From assembly GCA_005881885.1 (NCBI GenBank), contig VBDX01000134.1, forward strand, positions 4,534-68,533: DNA of 64,000 bases. The letters run 5' to 3'. Position numbers and translations under genes: made by a program. This stretch comes from Chloroflexota bacterium. Lineage in GTDB: Bacteria > Chloroflexota > Limnocylindria > P2-11E. Position 1 is the first letter of the stretch. Each line of letters begins with the position of its first letter. The notes under the pieces were generated by a model that saw only the letters and a list, made by a program, of their open reading frames with translations, did no database searches and was not told where the DNA came from. Positions 18,463 to 28,767 of the stretch are shown in pieces.

Positions 18463-18873
18463 CTACGCGGGCAGCGGCGTCCCGACTGCGAACGTATAGC
18501 CGTCGGGATCCTCGAGCACGCAGTCGCGCCAGCCGTGCGGCCAGTCGCGCGTCGCGACGAGGACCGTGTAGCCGGCCTCGCGTGCCCGACGCTCGGCGGC
18601 GTCCGGTTCGATGCCGAGGATGCGTATCTCCGCGCCGAACCCGCGCTTCCCGAGCCCCTGGAGTCGCTCCGCCCAGGGCATGCGCTCGTAGGTGTGGTCG
18701 GCGTGCAGCTGGAGACGGACTCCATGACCCTCGAGCGCCGCGAAATCGCCGTCCGAGTAGAGTGCCGAGAGACCCAGCACCCCTGTGTAAAAAGGCAGGC
18801 TACGCGCGACGTCGCGAACAATGAGATTGACGCTGAGTCCACCAAGCGTGCGGCCGTAGTCCGCCGCGGTCAT
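18463..18873 (-). CDS. VOC / glyoxalase-bleomycin-resistance family protein
   Basis: Start at MTAADYGRTLGGLSVNLIVRDVARSLPFYTGVLGL. VOC beta-alpha-beta-beta-beta pattern. The listed ORF extends upstream through Arg-rich junk. Confidence 0.7.
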   Translation of the reverse strand: MTAADYGRTLGGLSVNLIVRDVARSLPFYTGVLGLSALYSDGDFAALEGHGVRLQLHADHTYERMPWAERLQGLGKRGFGAEIRILGIEPDAAERRAREAGYTVLVATRDWPHGWRDCVLEDPDGYTFAVGTPLPA

Positions 18874-19051
18874 CCAGGGCTGCGTCTTCCGCTTCTTCAC
18901 GCGGTCACCGCGAGGCGCTCCGTCGTGCGCATGCCCACGGCCCAGAGCGGCACGGTGACCACGATCATCGCCGCACCGAAGAGCAAGGCAGGCGCGGGGC
19001 CGTTCGCGGCGAGCACGCCGCCGCATCGCTCCACGAGAGGCCGCGGCGTGC

Positions 19052-20140
19052 TCAGAGCGGCGTCACCCGCCAGACCTCCGGGCTCGTTGTGAGGTCGGCT
19101 GAGGTCCGCCAGAGCAGTCCGCGACGGAAGGCCAGCACGATGCGCGCAGCGGGACCGTCGCGCACGGCGCCGTGTGCGACATCGATGAGCCGCACACCTC
19201 TGGGACACACCGTGGCGACGTCTCTTGCCGTCGCGCCGATCACGACGCAGCCCGTTTCGGCTTGCGCCGTGCGCGACCGCCCGCCGCTTACCGGGAGGAG
19301 CTCTATTTCTGTCGGCGGACGCACGGTCCCGAATCCCCGCACCCAGCCCACGGTGTCCGCGAAGCTCACCACATAGCCGCCCGCGTCGGCGCCTCGCGAG
19401 CTGAGCTGACGCGGTCGGCCGTCATACAGCTGCAGCTCCTGCTTCGCGCGATCAGCGCTGAACGTCGCCACCGCGACGCGTCCCGAGTCATCGAGATCGA
19501 AGTACGCCGGCTTGTCCGTGGTCAGGACCGTCTGACGAGGACCGTTCGGGCCCAGAAGGATGATCTCGTGCGGATCGAAGAGACCTCCGGCGTGAAGCCA
19601 TACGACGTCGCGGCCATTCGTCTTCGCGTACGGCCAGGGATTCCACGTATCGCCGCCCCTGAGACCGGTCAGGTCGATCTCGTCGAGCGTCTCCGTCTGC
19701 GCGGGATCGCGCCACGGCACCCGCAGGAGGCTGACGTGGGCGTCGCCGCCGCCAAGGTCCTCGGTCTGCCGAAGCAGCACGACCGCGTCGCGCGCGTCCT
19801 CGATGAGAAGCTCGGTCTCCTCCAGCTGGCGGAGCTCGTGGGTCTCGCCGCTTTGGAGATCGATCGCTCGAGCCTCGTACGTGATGCCCGCGACGCTCGA
19901 GCGGCGGAGCACGCCGACGAACACGTCGCGGTCGACCGCGACTTGCAACAGCTCGCAGGCCGGAAGCGCGCCGGGGATTGTCCGGGCATCGCAGTCCGGA
20001 AAGCTGATGCTCCGCTCGCCGCCGGCTGTGGCGAGCTGCGCCGAGGGCGAAACAGAGGGACGCTGCGGCGCGGTTCGCGATGCGTCAGAAGGCGCGATGC
20101 ACGCGCCAAGGAGCAGCACGACCAGCCCGAGGCGCTTCAT
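19052..20140 (-). CDS. Lipoprotein, function unknown
   Basis: MKRLGLVVLLLGACIAPS lipobox. AAGGATG RBS. Starts 2 nt after the carB stop. Confidence 0.6.
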   Translation of the reverse strand: MKRLGLVVLLLGACIAPSDASRTAPQRPSVSPSAQLATAGGERSISFPDCDARTIPGALPACELLQVAVDRDVFVGVLRRSSVAGITYEARAIDLQSGETHELRQLEETELLIEDARDAVVLLRQTEDLGGGDAHVSLLRVPWRDPAQTETLDEIDLTGLRGGDTWNPWPYAKTNGRDVVWLHAGGLFDPHEIILLGPNGPRQTVLTTDKPAYFDLDDSGRVAVATFSADRAKQELQLYDGRPRQLSSRGADAGGYVVSFADTVGWVRGFGTVRPPTEIELLPVSGGRSRTAQAETGCVVIGATARDVATVCPRGVRLIDVAHGAVRDGPAARIVLAFRRGLLWRTSADLTTSPEVWRVTPL

Positions 20141-20142
20141 CC

Positions 20143-23100
20143 TTAGTCCGCGGCCGCGGTCACCGGCTCCTGCGCTCGATACTCGGCGAGTGGAGCGACG
20201 GTGTGCGTCACCGCACTCGCGCGGAGCGCGGTGACTACCGCGAGCGCGGTGTCCAGCGACGTGAGACAGGGCACGCGCGCCTCGACCGCGGCGCGGCGGA
20301 TGAGAAACCCGTCGCGGTCGACCGTCTTGCCGAGCGTCGGCGTGTTGATGACCGCGACGCACTCCCCGGACCGGATCAGAGTCAGGATGTCCTGGCTGCC
20401 CTCAGCGAGCTTGCGCACTTCGGTGACGTCGATGCCCACCGAGCGAACCAGCGCCGCGGTGCCCGCTGTCGCGACGATCTCGTACCCGAGCCAGTGAAAG
20501 CCCTCGATGACCGGCACCACCTCGGCCTTGTCCTTGTCGGCGACTGTCACGAGCACCTTCCCGCTCCGCGCAGGCGCGAGACCGGCGGCGACGAGCGACT
20601 TCCAGAGCGCTGGGGCGAACGTGCGGTCGACACCCATCACCTCGCCGGTGCTCTTCATCTCCGGTCCGAGGTACGTGTCCACCTCGAGCAGCTTCGCCAT
20701 GGAGAACACCGGGGCCTTGAGGGCGACGAGCGACCCTGTGGGCCAAAGCCCGTCTTCGCGGGCGTAGCCCTCGTCCGCGAGCGTCGACCCGAGCGCGACG
20801 GCAACCGCGAGCGAGACGAGCGGGACACCCGTGACCTTGGTGAGGAACGGCACGGTGCGGCTCGCGCGTGGATTCACCTCGAGGACCCAGACCCTTCCGC
20901 TCTCCACGATGAATTGGATGTTGAGAAGGCCCTTGACTGGGAGTGAAACGGCGATGCGTCGCGTGAGCTCCACGATCTCGTCACGCTCCGCGGGCAGGAG
21001 ATTCTGAGCGGGATAGACCGCGTAGCTGTCGCCGGAGTGAACGCCGGCGCGCTCGATGTGCTCCATGATCCCGGCGACCAGCGTGTCGCGGCCGTCGCTG
21101 ACCGCGTCGAGCTCGACCTCCTTCCCATGCAGGTATTTGTCCACGAGGACGCGACCGGTTCCGGCCTCGAGCGCGGAACGGAAATAGCGCGCCAGGTCGT
21201 CGGGCCCGTACGCGATCTCCATCCCGCGCCCGCCCAGGACATAGCTCGGGCGAACCAGCACGGGGTAGCCGATCTCTTTCGCGATTGCGAGCGCTTCCGC
21301 AGGCGACTCCGCGGTGCCGCCCGGCGGTTGCGGGATGCCGAGCGCGTCGGCGAAGTCGTGGAAGCGGCGGCGGTCTTCGGCAAGTGCGATGGCGTCCGCC
21401 GAGGTCCCGGCGATCTCGCCACCCATCGCGGCAAGGCGGTCCGCCAGGTTCAGCGCCGTCTGCCCTCCGAACTGGACGAGCACCGGTACGGTGGGGGTGC
21501 CGAGGTAGGCAGCGCCCTCTTCGCTCGCTTCGTTGTCGATGATCGCGGCGATTGACTCTTCGTCTAGCGGATCGAAGTAGAGACGGGCGGACGCGTCGAA
21601 GTCGGTGGAGACCGTCTCCGGATTGCTGTTCACCATGATCGGCGCGACACCCCGATCCCGTAGCGCGCCGGCGGACTGCACGCAGCAGCAGTCGAACTCG
21701 ATGCCCTGGCCGATGCGGATCGGGCCCGATCCGAGAATGACTGCCTTCGGACCGGGAAGAGGCGCGGCCTCGTTCTCCTGCTCGTAGGTCGAATAGAAGT
21801 ACGGCGTGACCGCCTCGAACTCGGCCGCGCAGGTATCCACCATCTTGTAGACGGGACGGATCCCCCACTGCGTCCGCAGGCGTCGCACATCCGCCGGAAG
21901 CATTCCCGTCAGCGTCGCGATATCCGCGTCGGCGAAACCGAGACGCTTCGCATTGCGAAGGAGCGCGGGTGTCGGCGTCCGGCCCTGCAGCTCGTCCTCC
22001 GCGAAGCGGACGATGCGCGCGATCTTCCGCAGGAACCAGCGGTCGATGTGCGTCCGGGCGTGAAGCACGTCGACCGGTGCGCCGCGTCGCAGCGCGGCGA
22101 AGAGACGCCAAAGTCGATCGTCGGTCGGCGGACCGGAGAGGAACCGATCGACGAAGTCCGTCGGGTCGGCGACCTCCACCCAGGGCGGCGCTTCCCAGAG
22201 AAGACCCTGTCCCTTCACCTCGAGCGACCGAAGCGCCTTCTGCAACGCGGCCTCGAAGCTGCGATCGATCGCCATCACTTCGCCGGTGGCCTTCATTTGG
22301 GTGCCAAGGCTGCGGTCGGCCGCCGCGAACTTGTCGAACGGCCAGCGCGGGATCTTCACCACGACGTAATCGAGCGCGGGCTCGAAGGCCGCGGTCGTCT
22401 TCTTGGTCACCGCATTCGGGATCTGGTCGAGACGCTTGCCGATGGCGATCTTCGCTGCGACCCGCGCGATCGGATAGCCGGTCGCCTTCGATGCGAGCGC
22501 GGAGCTGCGCGATACCCGCGGGTTCACCTCGATAACGAAGTACGGCACTTGCGCGTCGGGCTCATCAGTGGGCGCGTGATCCGGATGCAGCGCGAACTGA
22601 ATGTTGCAGCCGCCCTCGATGCCGAGGGCACGAATGATCCGGAGAGCCGCCGAGCGAAGCATTTGGTATTCCTTGTCGGTCAGCGTCTGCGAGGGGGCGA
22701 CTACGATCGAGTCGCCGGTGTGTACCCCCATAGGGTCAAGGTTCTCCATGTTGCAGACGGTGATGCAGGTGTCCGCGCTGTCGCGCATCACCTCGTACTC
22801 GATCTCCTTCCAGCCGGAGAGCGAGCGCTCGACCAGGACCTGTCCGATGGGTGAGGCCGCCACGCCTCGACCCACTCGCACCGCGAGCTCCCCCGCGTCG
22901 CCGGCCACGCCGCCGCCGGTACCGCCGAGCGTGAAGGCCGGACGGACGACGAGCGGATAGCCGATCCGCTCGGCGAACGCGAGCGCTTCCTCGCTGGTGT
23001 GCGCGGTGGCCGACTCGGGCACAGGTTCGCCGATGGATAGGAGAAGCTGCTTGAACGCCTCGCGGTCTTCGGCCTGCTGGATCGCGGTGAGCGGTGTGCC

Positions 23101-23427
23101 CAGCAGGCGCACGCCGTAGCGCTCGAGCGCGCCGGATTCCGCGAGAGCGACAGCGAGGTTGAGGCCGGTCTGCCCGCCCAGCGTCGCGAGCAGACCGCTC
23201 GGACGCTCCCTGGCGATCACGCGCTCCAGGACCTCGACGGTGAGCGGCTCGAGGTACGTGACATCGGCGACGCCGGGGTCGGTCATGATCGTCGCCGGGT
23301 TCGAGTTCACGAGCACCGTTTCGATGCCCTCCTCGCGCAGCGCACGGCAGGCTTGCGTGCCGGCGTAGTCGAACTCGGCCGCTTGCCCGATGAGGATCGG
23401 GCCGCTCCCGATGATCAGGACCTTCAT
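20143..23427 (-). CDS. carB: Carbamoyl-phosphate synthase large subunit
   Basis: [25 protein letters not shown]..., duplicated ATP-grasp halves and an MGS-like C-terminus. ATG at 23425-23427 overlaps the phzF-like stop (ATGA). The listed GTG at 23439 is the alternative. Confidence 0.95.
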   Translation of the reverse strand: MKVLIIGSGPILIGQAAEFDYAGTQACRALREEGIETVLVNSNPATIMTDPGVADVTYLEPLTVEVLERVIARERPSGLLATLGGQTGLNLAVALAESGALERYGVRLLGTPLTAIQQAEDREAFKQLLLSIGEPVPESATAHTSEEALAFAERIGYPLVVRPAFTLGGTGGGVAGDAGELAVRVGRGVAASPIGQVLVERSLSGWKEIEYEVMRDSADTCITVCNMENLDPMGVHTGDSIVVAPSQTLTDKEYQMLRSAALRIIRALGIEGGCNIQFALHPDHAPTDEPDAQVPYFVIEVNPRVSRSSALASKATGYPIARVAAKIAIGKRLDQIPNAVTKKTTAAFEPALDYVVVKIPRWPFDKFAAADRSLGTQMKATGEVMAIDRSFEAALQKALRSLEVKGQGLLWEAPPWVEVADPTDFVDRFLSGPPTDDRLWRLFAALRRGAPVDVLHARTHIDRWFLRKIARIVRFAEDELQGRTPTPALLRNAKRLGFADADIATLTGMLPADVRRLRTQWGIRPVYKMVDTCAAEFEAVTPYFYSTYEQENEAAPLPGPKAVILGSGPIRIGQGIEFDCCCVQSAGALRDRGVAPIMVNSNPETVSTDFDASARLYFDPLDEESIAAIIDNEASEEGAAYLGTPTVPVLVQFGGQTALNLADRLAAMGGEIAGTSADAIALAEDRRRFHDFADALGIPQPPGGTAESPAEALAIAKEIGYPVLVRPSYVLGGRGMEIAYGPDDLARYFRSALEAGTGRVLVDKYLHGKEVELDAVSDGRDTLVAGIMEHIERAGVHSGDSYAVYPAQNLLPAERDEIVELTRRIAVSLPVKGLLNIQFIVESGRVWVLEVNPRASRTVPFLTKVTGVPLVSLAVAVALGSTLADEGYAREDGLWPTGSLVALKAPVFSMAKLLEVDTYLGPEMKSTGEVMGVDRTFAPALWKSLVAAGLAPARSGKVLVTVADKDKAEVVPVIEGFHWLGYEIVATAGTAALVRSVGIDVTEVRKLAEGSQDILTLIRSGECVAVINTPTLGKTVDRDGFLIRRAAVEARVPCLTSLDTALAVVTALRASAVTHTVAPLAEYRAQEPVTAAAD

Positions 23428-24269
23428 AGGTCGAGCCACCCGCCGCCCATCGGCACGCAGCGGCCGCCCACCCGTACGCTCGTGACCCGCCCGCCGGAGC
23501 TGTCGACCTCGATGTCCAGGATGCTCGGACGTCCGATCTCGAAGCCCTGCTCGCTGCGGATCCGTACGGTGCCCGCGTCCGACACGAGCCCCTGCGCGAC
23601 GAGATACGCGCCGAGGGGGCCCTGGGCTGCCCCCGTCGCCGGATCCTCACCGATGCCGAGGCCCTCGTCGAACATCCGTCCGTGCACGTGCGAGCCGGAA
23701 CGCTCGCCGCTCATCGCGAAGACGTAGACGTTCGCGCCGAGTGCGCTCGGGCGCCGGGCACGCCGGACTGCCTTGAGATTCGCGAGCGGCACGAACAGGA
23801 ACGGGACCCCGGATGAGCCGACCTGGATCGGCACGTCGCTGCGCACCTCTTCGACCGCGAGCGACAACGCTTCCGCGGTCGCTTGCCGCGTGATCGTCGA
23901 CCCGGTGAACGAGGGCAGGGGCTGCTCCATCTGCACGAATCCGTCGCGCGACGTCACGCGGATGGTGCCGACGCCTTCCTCGAGCCACATCGTGCCGTCG
24001 CGGCCCGCGGCGACGACGAAGGCCGTACCGATGGTCGGATGACCGGCGAACGGCAGCTCGGCGTCCGGTGTGAAGATGCGCAGCCGGTGATCGGCGGCCT
24101 TCGACGTCGGAGGCAGCACGAACGTGGTCTCAGAGAGGTGAAGCTCCTTCGCGATCGACTGCATCGAGCGCTCGTCGATCCCCCGGCCATCGGTGAACAC
24201 GGCCAGCGGATTCCCGCCGAAGGGACGATCCGTGAAGACGTCGACGAGCTGGTACTCGCGCCGCGTCAC
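23424..24269 (-). CDS. PhzF-family (phenazine biosynthesis-like) isomerase
   Basis: [20 protein letters not shown]...[10 protein letters not shown]...[15 protein letters not shown] motifs. Sits between carA and carB. Confidence 0.85.
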   Translation of the reverse strand: MTRREYQLVDVFTDRPFGGNPLAVFTDGRGIDERSMQSIAKELHLSETTFVLPPTSKAADHRLRIFTPDAELPFAGHPTIGTAFVVAAGRDGTMWLEEGVGTIRVTSRDGFVQMEQPLPSFTGSTITRQATAEALSLAVEEVRSDVPIQVGSSGVPFLFVPLANLKAVRRARRPSALGANVYVFAMSGERSGSHVHGRMFDEGLGIGEDPATGAAQGPLGAYLVAQGLVSDAGTVRIRSEQGFEIGRPSILDIEVDSSGGRVTSVRVGGRCVPMGGGWLDL

Positions 24270-25396
24270 TTGCGAGCGACGGCGTCGCGGACGTCGTCCA
24301 TGAACGCGTCGAAGACCGGCTCGTTATCGCGTGGTCCGGGAGCGCCTTCGGGATGGTACTGAAACGTCCTGATCGGAAGCCTCTCGTGCACGAGGCCCTC
24401 GACCGAGCCGTCGTTGAGGTTCCGCGACGAGACGACGAAACCCGAGTCCGACGGGATCGACGACTCGTCCACCTGAAACTCGTGGTTCTGCGACGTGATC
24501 GCGACTTTTCCCGTGCGCAGGTCCTGGACCGGATGGTTCGCCCCGTGATGGCCGAACGGCAAGCGCGAGGTCGACGCGCCGATGGCACGGGCGACGAGCT
24601 GGTGGCCGAGGCAGATGCCGAGGATGGGCAGCGGGCGCGACGTCCCGCGCGCGGCGACCGCATCGAGCAGGGTTCGCGTGGTGGCCGCGATCTGCGGGAT
24701 CGCGGCCGGATCGCCTGGTCCGTTGGAGATGACGATTCCGTCGGGCGACCACGAGAGGATCTCGCGCGCGGTCGATGTCGCGGGGAAGATCTTCACCGTC
24801 GCGCCCCGCCGCACGAGGCACCGGACCTGGTTCTCCTTCACGCCCGTGTCCAGGAGCGCGACCTTGGGTCCGCTCCCGGTCTGCCGCGGGAGGCCCGTCG
24901 ATTCGACGACGAGCGGCTTCGCCGCGAGCGGAGCGGTCGCCTGCGCCTTGGCGACGGCCTCGCGCGCGATGTCCGGATCCTGCGAGCGATGCGGCGGCAC
25001 CTGCAGGATCGCGCCGCGCAGGGTGCCTTTCGCGCGCAGGCGCCGCACCAGCGCGCGCGTATCGATGCCCGCGAGGCCCGGGACGCCATAGGAACGCAGG
25101 TACGCATCGAGATCGATGGTCCCTTCGCGGCACGTCGTCACAACCTCGCGGACGACGAGCGCTTCGACCCATGGCCGGCGGCTCTCGGCCGCACGATCGA
25201 ACGTCCCGTAGTTGCCGATGAGCGGATAGGTCAGGACGACGATCTGTCCGTTGTAGGAAGCGTCGGACGCGATCTCCTGATATCCGGTCATCGCCGTGTT
25301 GAACACGACCTCACCCGACGCCGGGGAACCGTCACCGAAGGCTTCTCCCCACCACGTCGAGCCGTCTTCCAGCCCGAGGACCGCCGCCCTGGTCAT
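24266..25396 (-). CDS. carA: Carbamoyl-phosphate synthase small subunit
   Basis: N-terminal CPSase_sm domain, then a class I glutamine amidotransferase with the GICLGHQL Cys-His triad. Start MTRAAVLGLEDGS. Confidence 0.9.
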   Translation of the reverse strand: MTRAAVLGLEDGSTWWGEAFGDGSPASGEVVFNTAMTGYQEIASDASYNGQIVVLTYPLIGNYGTFDRAAESRRPWVEALVVREVVTTCREGTIDLDAYLRSYGVPGLAGIDTRALVRRLRAKGTLRGAILQVPPHRSQDPDIAREAVAKAQATAPLAAKPLVVESTGLPRQTGSGPKVALLDTGVKENQVRCLVRRGATVKIFPATSTAREILSWSPDGIVISNGPGDPAAIPQIAATTRTLLDAVAARGTSRPLPILGICLGHQLVARAIGASTSRLPFGHHGANHPVQDLRTGKVAITSQNHEFQVDESSIPSDSGFVVSSRNLNDGSVEGLVHERLPIRTFQYHPEGAPGPRDNEPVFDAFMDDVRDAVARK

Positions 25397-25448
25397 GAAT
25401 GCATAACTATACGTTGCGGATGCATAAAGATGCAATTGCCCTTCGAGC

Positions 25449-26675
25449 TCAGCGACGGCTGACCGCTTCGGCGGCATGCACAGCTCCTTCGTAGCGAACT
25501 TCTTCCCCAACCACTGTCGCAACGACCCGTCCTATCAGCGTCCGCCCTATCAGCGGGGTGTTCTTTCCTTTTGACGCGAGCTCGGCGGCTCGCGGCATCC
25601 ACTCGGCGTCGCGGTCGATGACGACCCAATCGCCCTTGGGTCGGTCGATCCCGAGGGCGCGCGCGGGTCCGCTCGTGAGCGCGTCGATCACCGTCTCAAG
25701 CGGGGCCCACCCCGCGCGGACGCCGCCGAGCACGAGCGCCAGCGCGGTCTCGAGACCCGAGATCCCGAACGCGGCCTGATCGAACTCGACGTCCTTCTTG
25801 ACGGATGCGTGCGGAGCGTGGTCGGTGGCGATCGCGTCGACCGTCCGGTCCTCGAGTCCGGCCCAGAGCGCTCGTACGTCCGCGCCCGTCCGCAGCGGCG
25901 GATTCACTTTCGTCGACGAGTCAAACGGCGCGCCCCGCGGTGCCCGTTCCTCGGTCTCCCACGCGAAGGCCCGCGATCCCGCGACCCACTCATCGGTCAT
26001 CGCGAGGTGATGAGGCGTGACGTCGCACGTGACCAAAGCGCCGTCGGCTTTCGCGCGGCGCACGAGCTCGACCGAGCCGGCTGTCGAGAGATGCGTCAGA
26101 TGCAACCGCGCGCCGGCGAGCTTGGCCAGCGCGAGGTCGCGCGCCACCGCAGCCTCCTCGGCGGCCGCGGGCATGCCCGGAAGGCCGAGCCGCGCGGAAA
26201 CCGCTCCTTCGTGCATGACGCCCTTCGCCGAGAGCGCGAGATCTTGCGCGTGCTCGATGATCGGCCGCCCCGAGGCCCGTGCGTACTCGAGCGCGCTGCG
26301 GAAGAGACGCGCATCCTCTACCGGCGATCCGTCGTCGGAGAAGGCGACCGCGCCGGCGTCGGCGAGCTCGACCATATCCGCGAGCTCGCGGCCCTTGCGC
26401 CCGCGCGTGATCGCGGCGACGAAGTGCACGCGCGCGCCGTTGACGCCGTAGCCACGGCCGAGCAGCTCCTTGAGCAGGCCCGGCGAATCGATCGCCGGTT
26501 CCGTATTCGGCATCGCACAGATGGTGGTGAAGCCGCCACGCAGCGCGGCCCTGCGACCGGTCTCGATCGTCTCCGAATCCTCGAATCCTGGCTCGCGCAG
26601 ATGGGTGTGCAGATCGACGAAGCCCGGGACCACGAGATAGCCCTTCGCCTCGAACGCGCGGCGGTCGAAGCTCAT
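25449..26675 (-). CDS. pyrC: Dihydroorotase
   Basis: PGFVDLHTHLREPG metal-binding motif and DHAPH. ATGA overlap with the pyrB stop. Confidence 0.9.
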   Translation of the reverse strand: MSFDRRAFEAKGYLVVPGFVDLHTHLREPGFEDSETIETGRRAALRGGFTTICAMPNTEPAIDSPGLLKELLGRGYGVNGARVHFVAAITRGRKGRELADMVELADAGAVAFSDDGSPVEDARLFRSALEYARASGRPIIEHAQDLALSAKGVMHEGAVSARLGLPGMPAAAEEAAVARDLALAKLAGARLHLTHLSTAGSVELVRRAKADGALVTCDVTPHHLAMTDEWVAGSRAFAWETEERAPRGAPFDSSTKVNPPLRTGADVRALWAGLEDRTVDAIATDHAPHASVKKDVEFDQAAFGISGLETALALVLGGVRAGWAPLETVIDALTSGPARALGIDRPKGDWVVIDRDAEWMPRAAELASKGKNTPLIGRTLIGRVVATVVGEEVRYEGAVHAAEAVSRR

Positions 26676-27751
26676 CCGCGCTTCTCGATCGGATTCGGCA
26701 GCCCTGCCCCGTCGGGGCCCCCAACCCCCGCGGCCAGGAGGTAGAGCAGAGCCATACGCACCGCAACGCCGTTTGCGACCTGTTTCTCGATCAGCGAACG
26801 GCTGCCGTGCGCGACGGCCGCGTCGATCTCGATCCCCTCGTTCATCGGGCCGGGATGCATCACCGGCGCGCCCGGCCGCATGCGCGCGACCCGCTCCTCC
26901 GACAGCCCCCACACGCGGCTGTACTCACGAACCGAGGGAAGAAGTCCGGACTCCTGTCGCTCCCGCTGCAGTCGAAGCGCGATGACCGCATCCGCCCCAT
27001 CGAGCGCGCGATCCAGCTCGGGCTCATACGTGACGCCGGCCGGCACCTCGCCGCAGCGCCACGCGACAGGGATAAGCGTCGGCGGACCCGAGAGCGTCAC
27101 GCGCGCGCCGAGCGGGACGAGCGTGTTGATGTCGGACCGGGCGACCCGGCTATGGAGGATGTCGCCGACGATCACCACGCGCTTGCCGCCGAGCTCGCCT
27201 ACGGCCTCGCGAAGGGTGTAGGCGTCGAGGAGGCCCTGCGTGGGATGAGCGTGCCACCCGTCGCCGGCATTGATGACGGCCGATTCGGTGCGCTCGGCGA
27301 CGAAGTACGGCGCGCCGGAAGAGCCGTGGCGTATCACGACCACGTCGCCGCCGAGGGCCTGCAGCGTGCGTACGGTGTCGAGGAGCGACTCGCCCTTCTC
27401 GACCGAGGACCCGGTGGCGGTGATGTTCACGACGTCGGCCGAGAGCGCCTTTGCCGCGAGCTCGAAGGACACGCGCGTGCGCGTCGAGACCTCCGCGAAG
27501 AACAGGATCACCGTTCGCCCACGGAGCGGAGGCGCGCGGCGGATCGGCCGCGAGAGGATCTCGACCATCGCGCGCGTCTGATCGAGCACCGTCTCGATCT
27601 CCTCGCGCGACCAATCGTCGGTGTCGAGCACATGTCGCCGGATCCACTTCACGCCGGGGCGACGCCCCGCTACCAGTTTTCGCAGGTCGCTACCGCGCCC
27701 AGGGGCCCCTCCCCCTGCCGCCCCTGCCACGCCGGGCTTAGACGCGCTCAT
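26672..27751 (-). CDS. pyrB: Aspartate carbamoyltransferase catalytic subunit
   Basis: STRTR carbamoyl-phosphate binding motif, HPTQ and HPGP motifs. Start approximate: ATG 27749-27751, or the GTG at VKWIRRHV. Confidence 0.9.
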   Translation of the reverse strand: MSASKPGVAGAAGGGAPGRGSDLRKLVAGRRPGVKWIRRHVLDTDDWSREEIETVLDQTRAMVEILSRPIRRAPPLRGRTVILFFAEVSTRTRVSFELAAKALSADVVNITATGSSVEKGESLLDTVRTLQALGGDVVVIRHGSSGAPYFVAERTESAVINAGDGWHAHPTQGLLDAYTLREAVGELGGKRVVIVGDILHSRVARSDINTLVPLGARVTLSGPPTLIPVAWRCGEVPAGVTYEPELDRALDGADAVIALRLQRERQESGLLPSVREYSRVWGLSEERVARMRPGAPVMHPGPMNEGIEIDAAVAHGSRSLIEKQVANGVAVRMALLYLLAAGVGGPDGAGLPNPIEKRG

Positions 27752-28274
27752 GGACAGCCACCTCGACTTCGTCGCGACCGTCGACCTCCGTGAGATGCAC
27801 GCGAACGTCATCGTCAGGCGAAGTGGGGACGTTCTTGCCGACGAAGTCCGCGCGGATCGGAAGCTCGCGATGGCCGCGGTCCACGAGAACGGCAAGGCGG
27901 ATCGCACGCGGACGCCCGTAATCGACAAGCGCATCCATGGCCGCGCGGACGGTGCGGCCGGTGAAGAGCACGTCGTCGACGAGCACGACGACGCGGTCGG
28001 CGACGGAGAACGGGATCTCGGACTCGCGCACCACCGGCGCGTAGCCGATACGCGTCAGATCGTCACGGTAGAGGGTGATATCGATCGCGCCGAGAGGAAG
28101 ATCGACGCCTTCGTTCGCGCGTATGGCCTCGCGAATGCGCGACGCGAGCGCATCGCCGCGCGCGCGAATCCCGACGATCGCGAGAAGGGAGAGATCGCGG
28201 TCGCGCTCGACGATCTCGTGCGCGATCCTCGTGACGGCGCGGCGGACGTCCTCCGCACCGAGCAGCGTAGTTAC
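27738..28274 (-). CDS. pyrR: Pyrimidine operon regulator PyrR / uracil phosphoribosyltransferase. Start codon not canonical
   Basis: [22 protein letters not shown]...[26 protein letters not shown]...[22 protein letters not shown], almost collinear with B. subtilis PyrR. AAGGAG RBS at 28286-28281. No ATG/GTG/TTG lies between the RBS and the conserved N-terminus. Confidence 0.8.
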   Translation of the reverse strand, partial: VTTLLGAEDVRRAVTRIAHEIVERDRDLSLLAIVGIRARGDALASRIREAIRANEGVDLPLGAIDITLYRDDLTRIGYAPVVRESEIPFSVADRVVVLVDDVLFTGRTVRAAMDALVDYGRPRAIRLAVLVDRGHRELPIRADFVGKNVPTSPDDDVRVHLTEVDGRDEVEVAVHERV

Positions 28275-28280
28275 CTGGCG

Positions 28281-28303
28281 CTCCTTTCCGGCCTCGCAGG
28301 ACC
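28281..28303 (-). promoter_or_regulatory. PyrR-binding loop (UCCNGNGAGG-type) overlapping the pyrR ribosome-binding site
   Basis: mRNA sequence GGUCCUGCGAGGCCGGAAAGGAG matches the PyrR binding-loop consensus ARUCCNGNGAGG followed by AAGG. The AAGGAG doubles as the SD, suggesting translational autoregulation as in mycobacteria. Confidence 0.5.
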
Positions 28304-28398
28304 GGTACTTAAAGGTGATCGCGCTCCGACAAGTATAGGAATTCCGTACGCGCGAGGATGTGCATGACGCCGAAAGGCGCTTTGGAGTTAAACCCGAG

Positions 28399-28755
28399 AT
28401 GCACGTCTTCCAGCGTGGAGCTCTGGCACGGCGGCGAATCGTGCGGTTCGCCCTCACCTCCGCGACCGTGCTCGTCCTCGCGGGATTGGCCGTGCTGGTA
28501 GCGGGAGTCGTCTCGAGCGATGGCGGCCCGGTGCTGCCCGCATTCGTCGGCCCGCTGCAGCGCGTGCTCGCTCCGGCACCACCCCCAGCGACCTCGGCCC
28601 CGACCGCGAGGCCCACCACCACGTCGTCAGCGCCCACCACGGCCGGTCCCGCGAGCTCGCCGCCGGCAGCTTCTCCTCGAACCGGTCGCCCGTCGAACTC
28701 GCCGAACGGTCCGCCCAGCAGCTTCCCCGGCCATACACAGTCGCCGCATCCATAG
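28399..28755 (+). CDS. Membrane-anchored Pro/Thr/Ser-rich protein
   Basis: [36 protein letters not shown] (TM segment) followed by a [19 protein letters not shown] low-complexity tail. Lies immediately upstream of the GT2 gene. Confidence 0.4.
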   Translation: MHVFQRGALARRRIVRFALTSATVLVLAGLAVLVAGVVSSDGGPVLPAFVGPLQRVLAPAPPPATSAPTARPTTTSSAPTTAGPASSPPAASPRTGRPSNSPNGPPSSFPGHTQSPHP

Positions 28756-28767
28756 AGCGGGCCGCCG

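Noticed and set aside
27752-27934. Upstream extension of the pyrB ORF to 27934 (and of pyrC, carA, VOC, and the amidohydrolase at 6625)
   Set aside because: The extensions encode Arg/Gly-rich low-complexity sequence with no homology. The starts chosen instead coincide with ATGA overlaps or conserved family N-termini.
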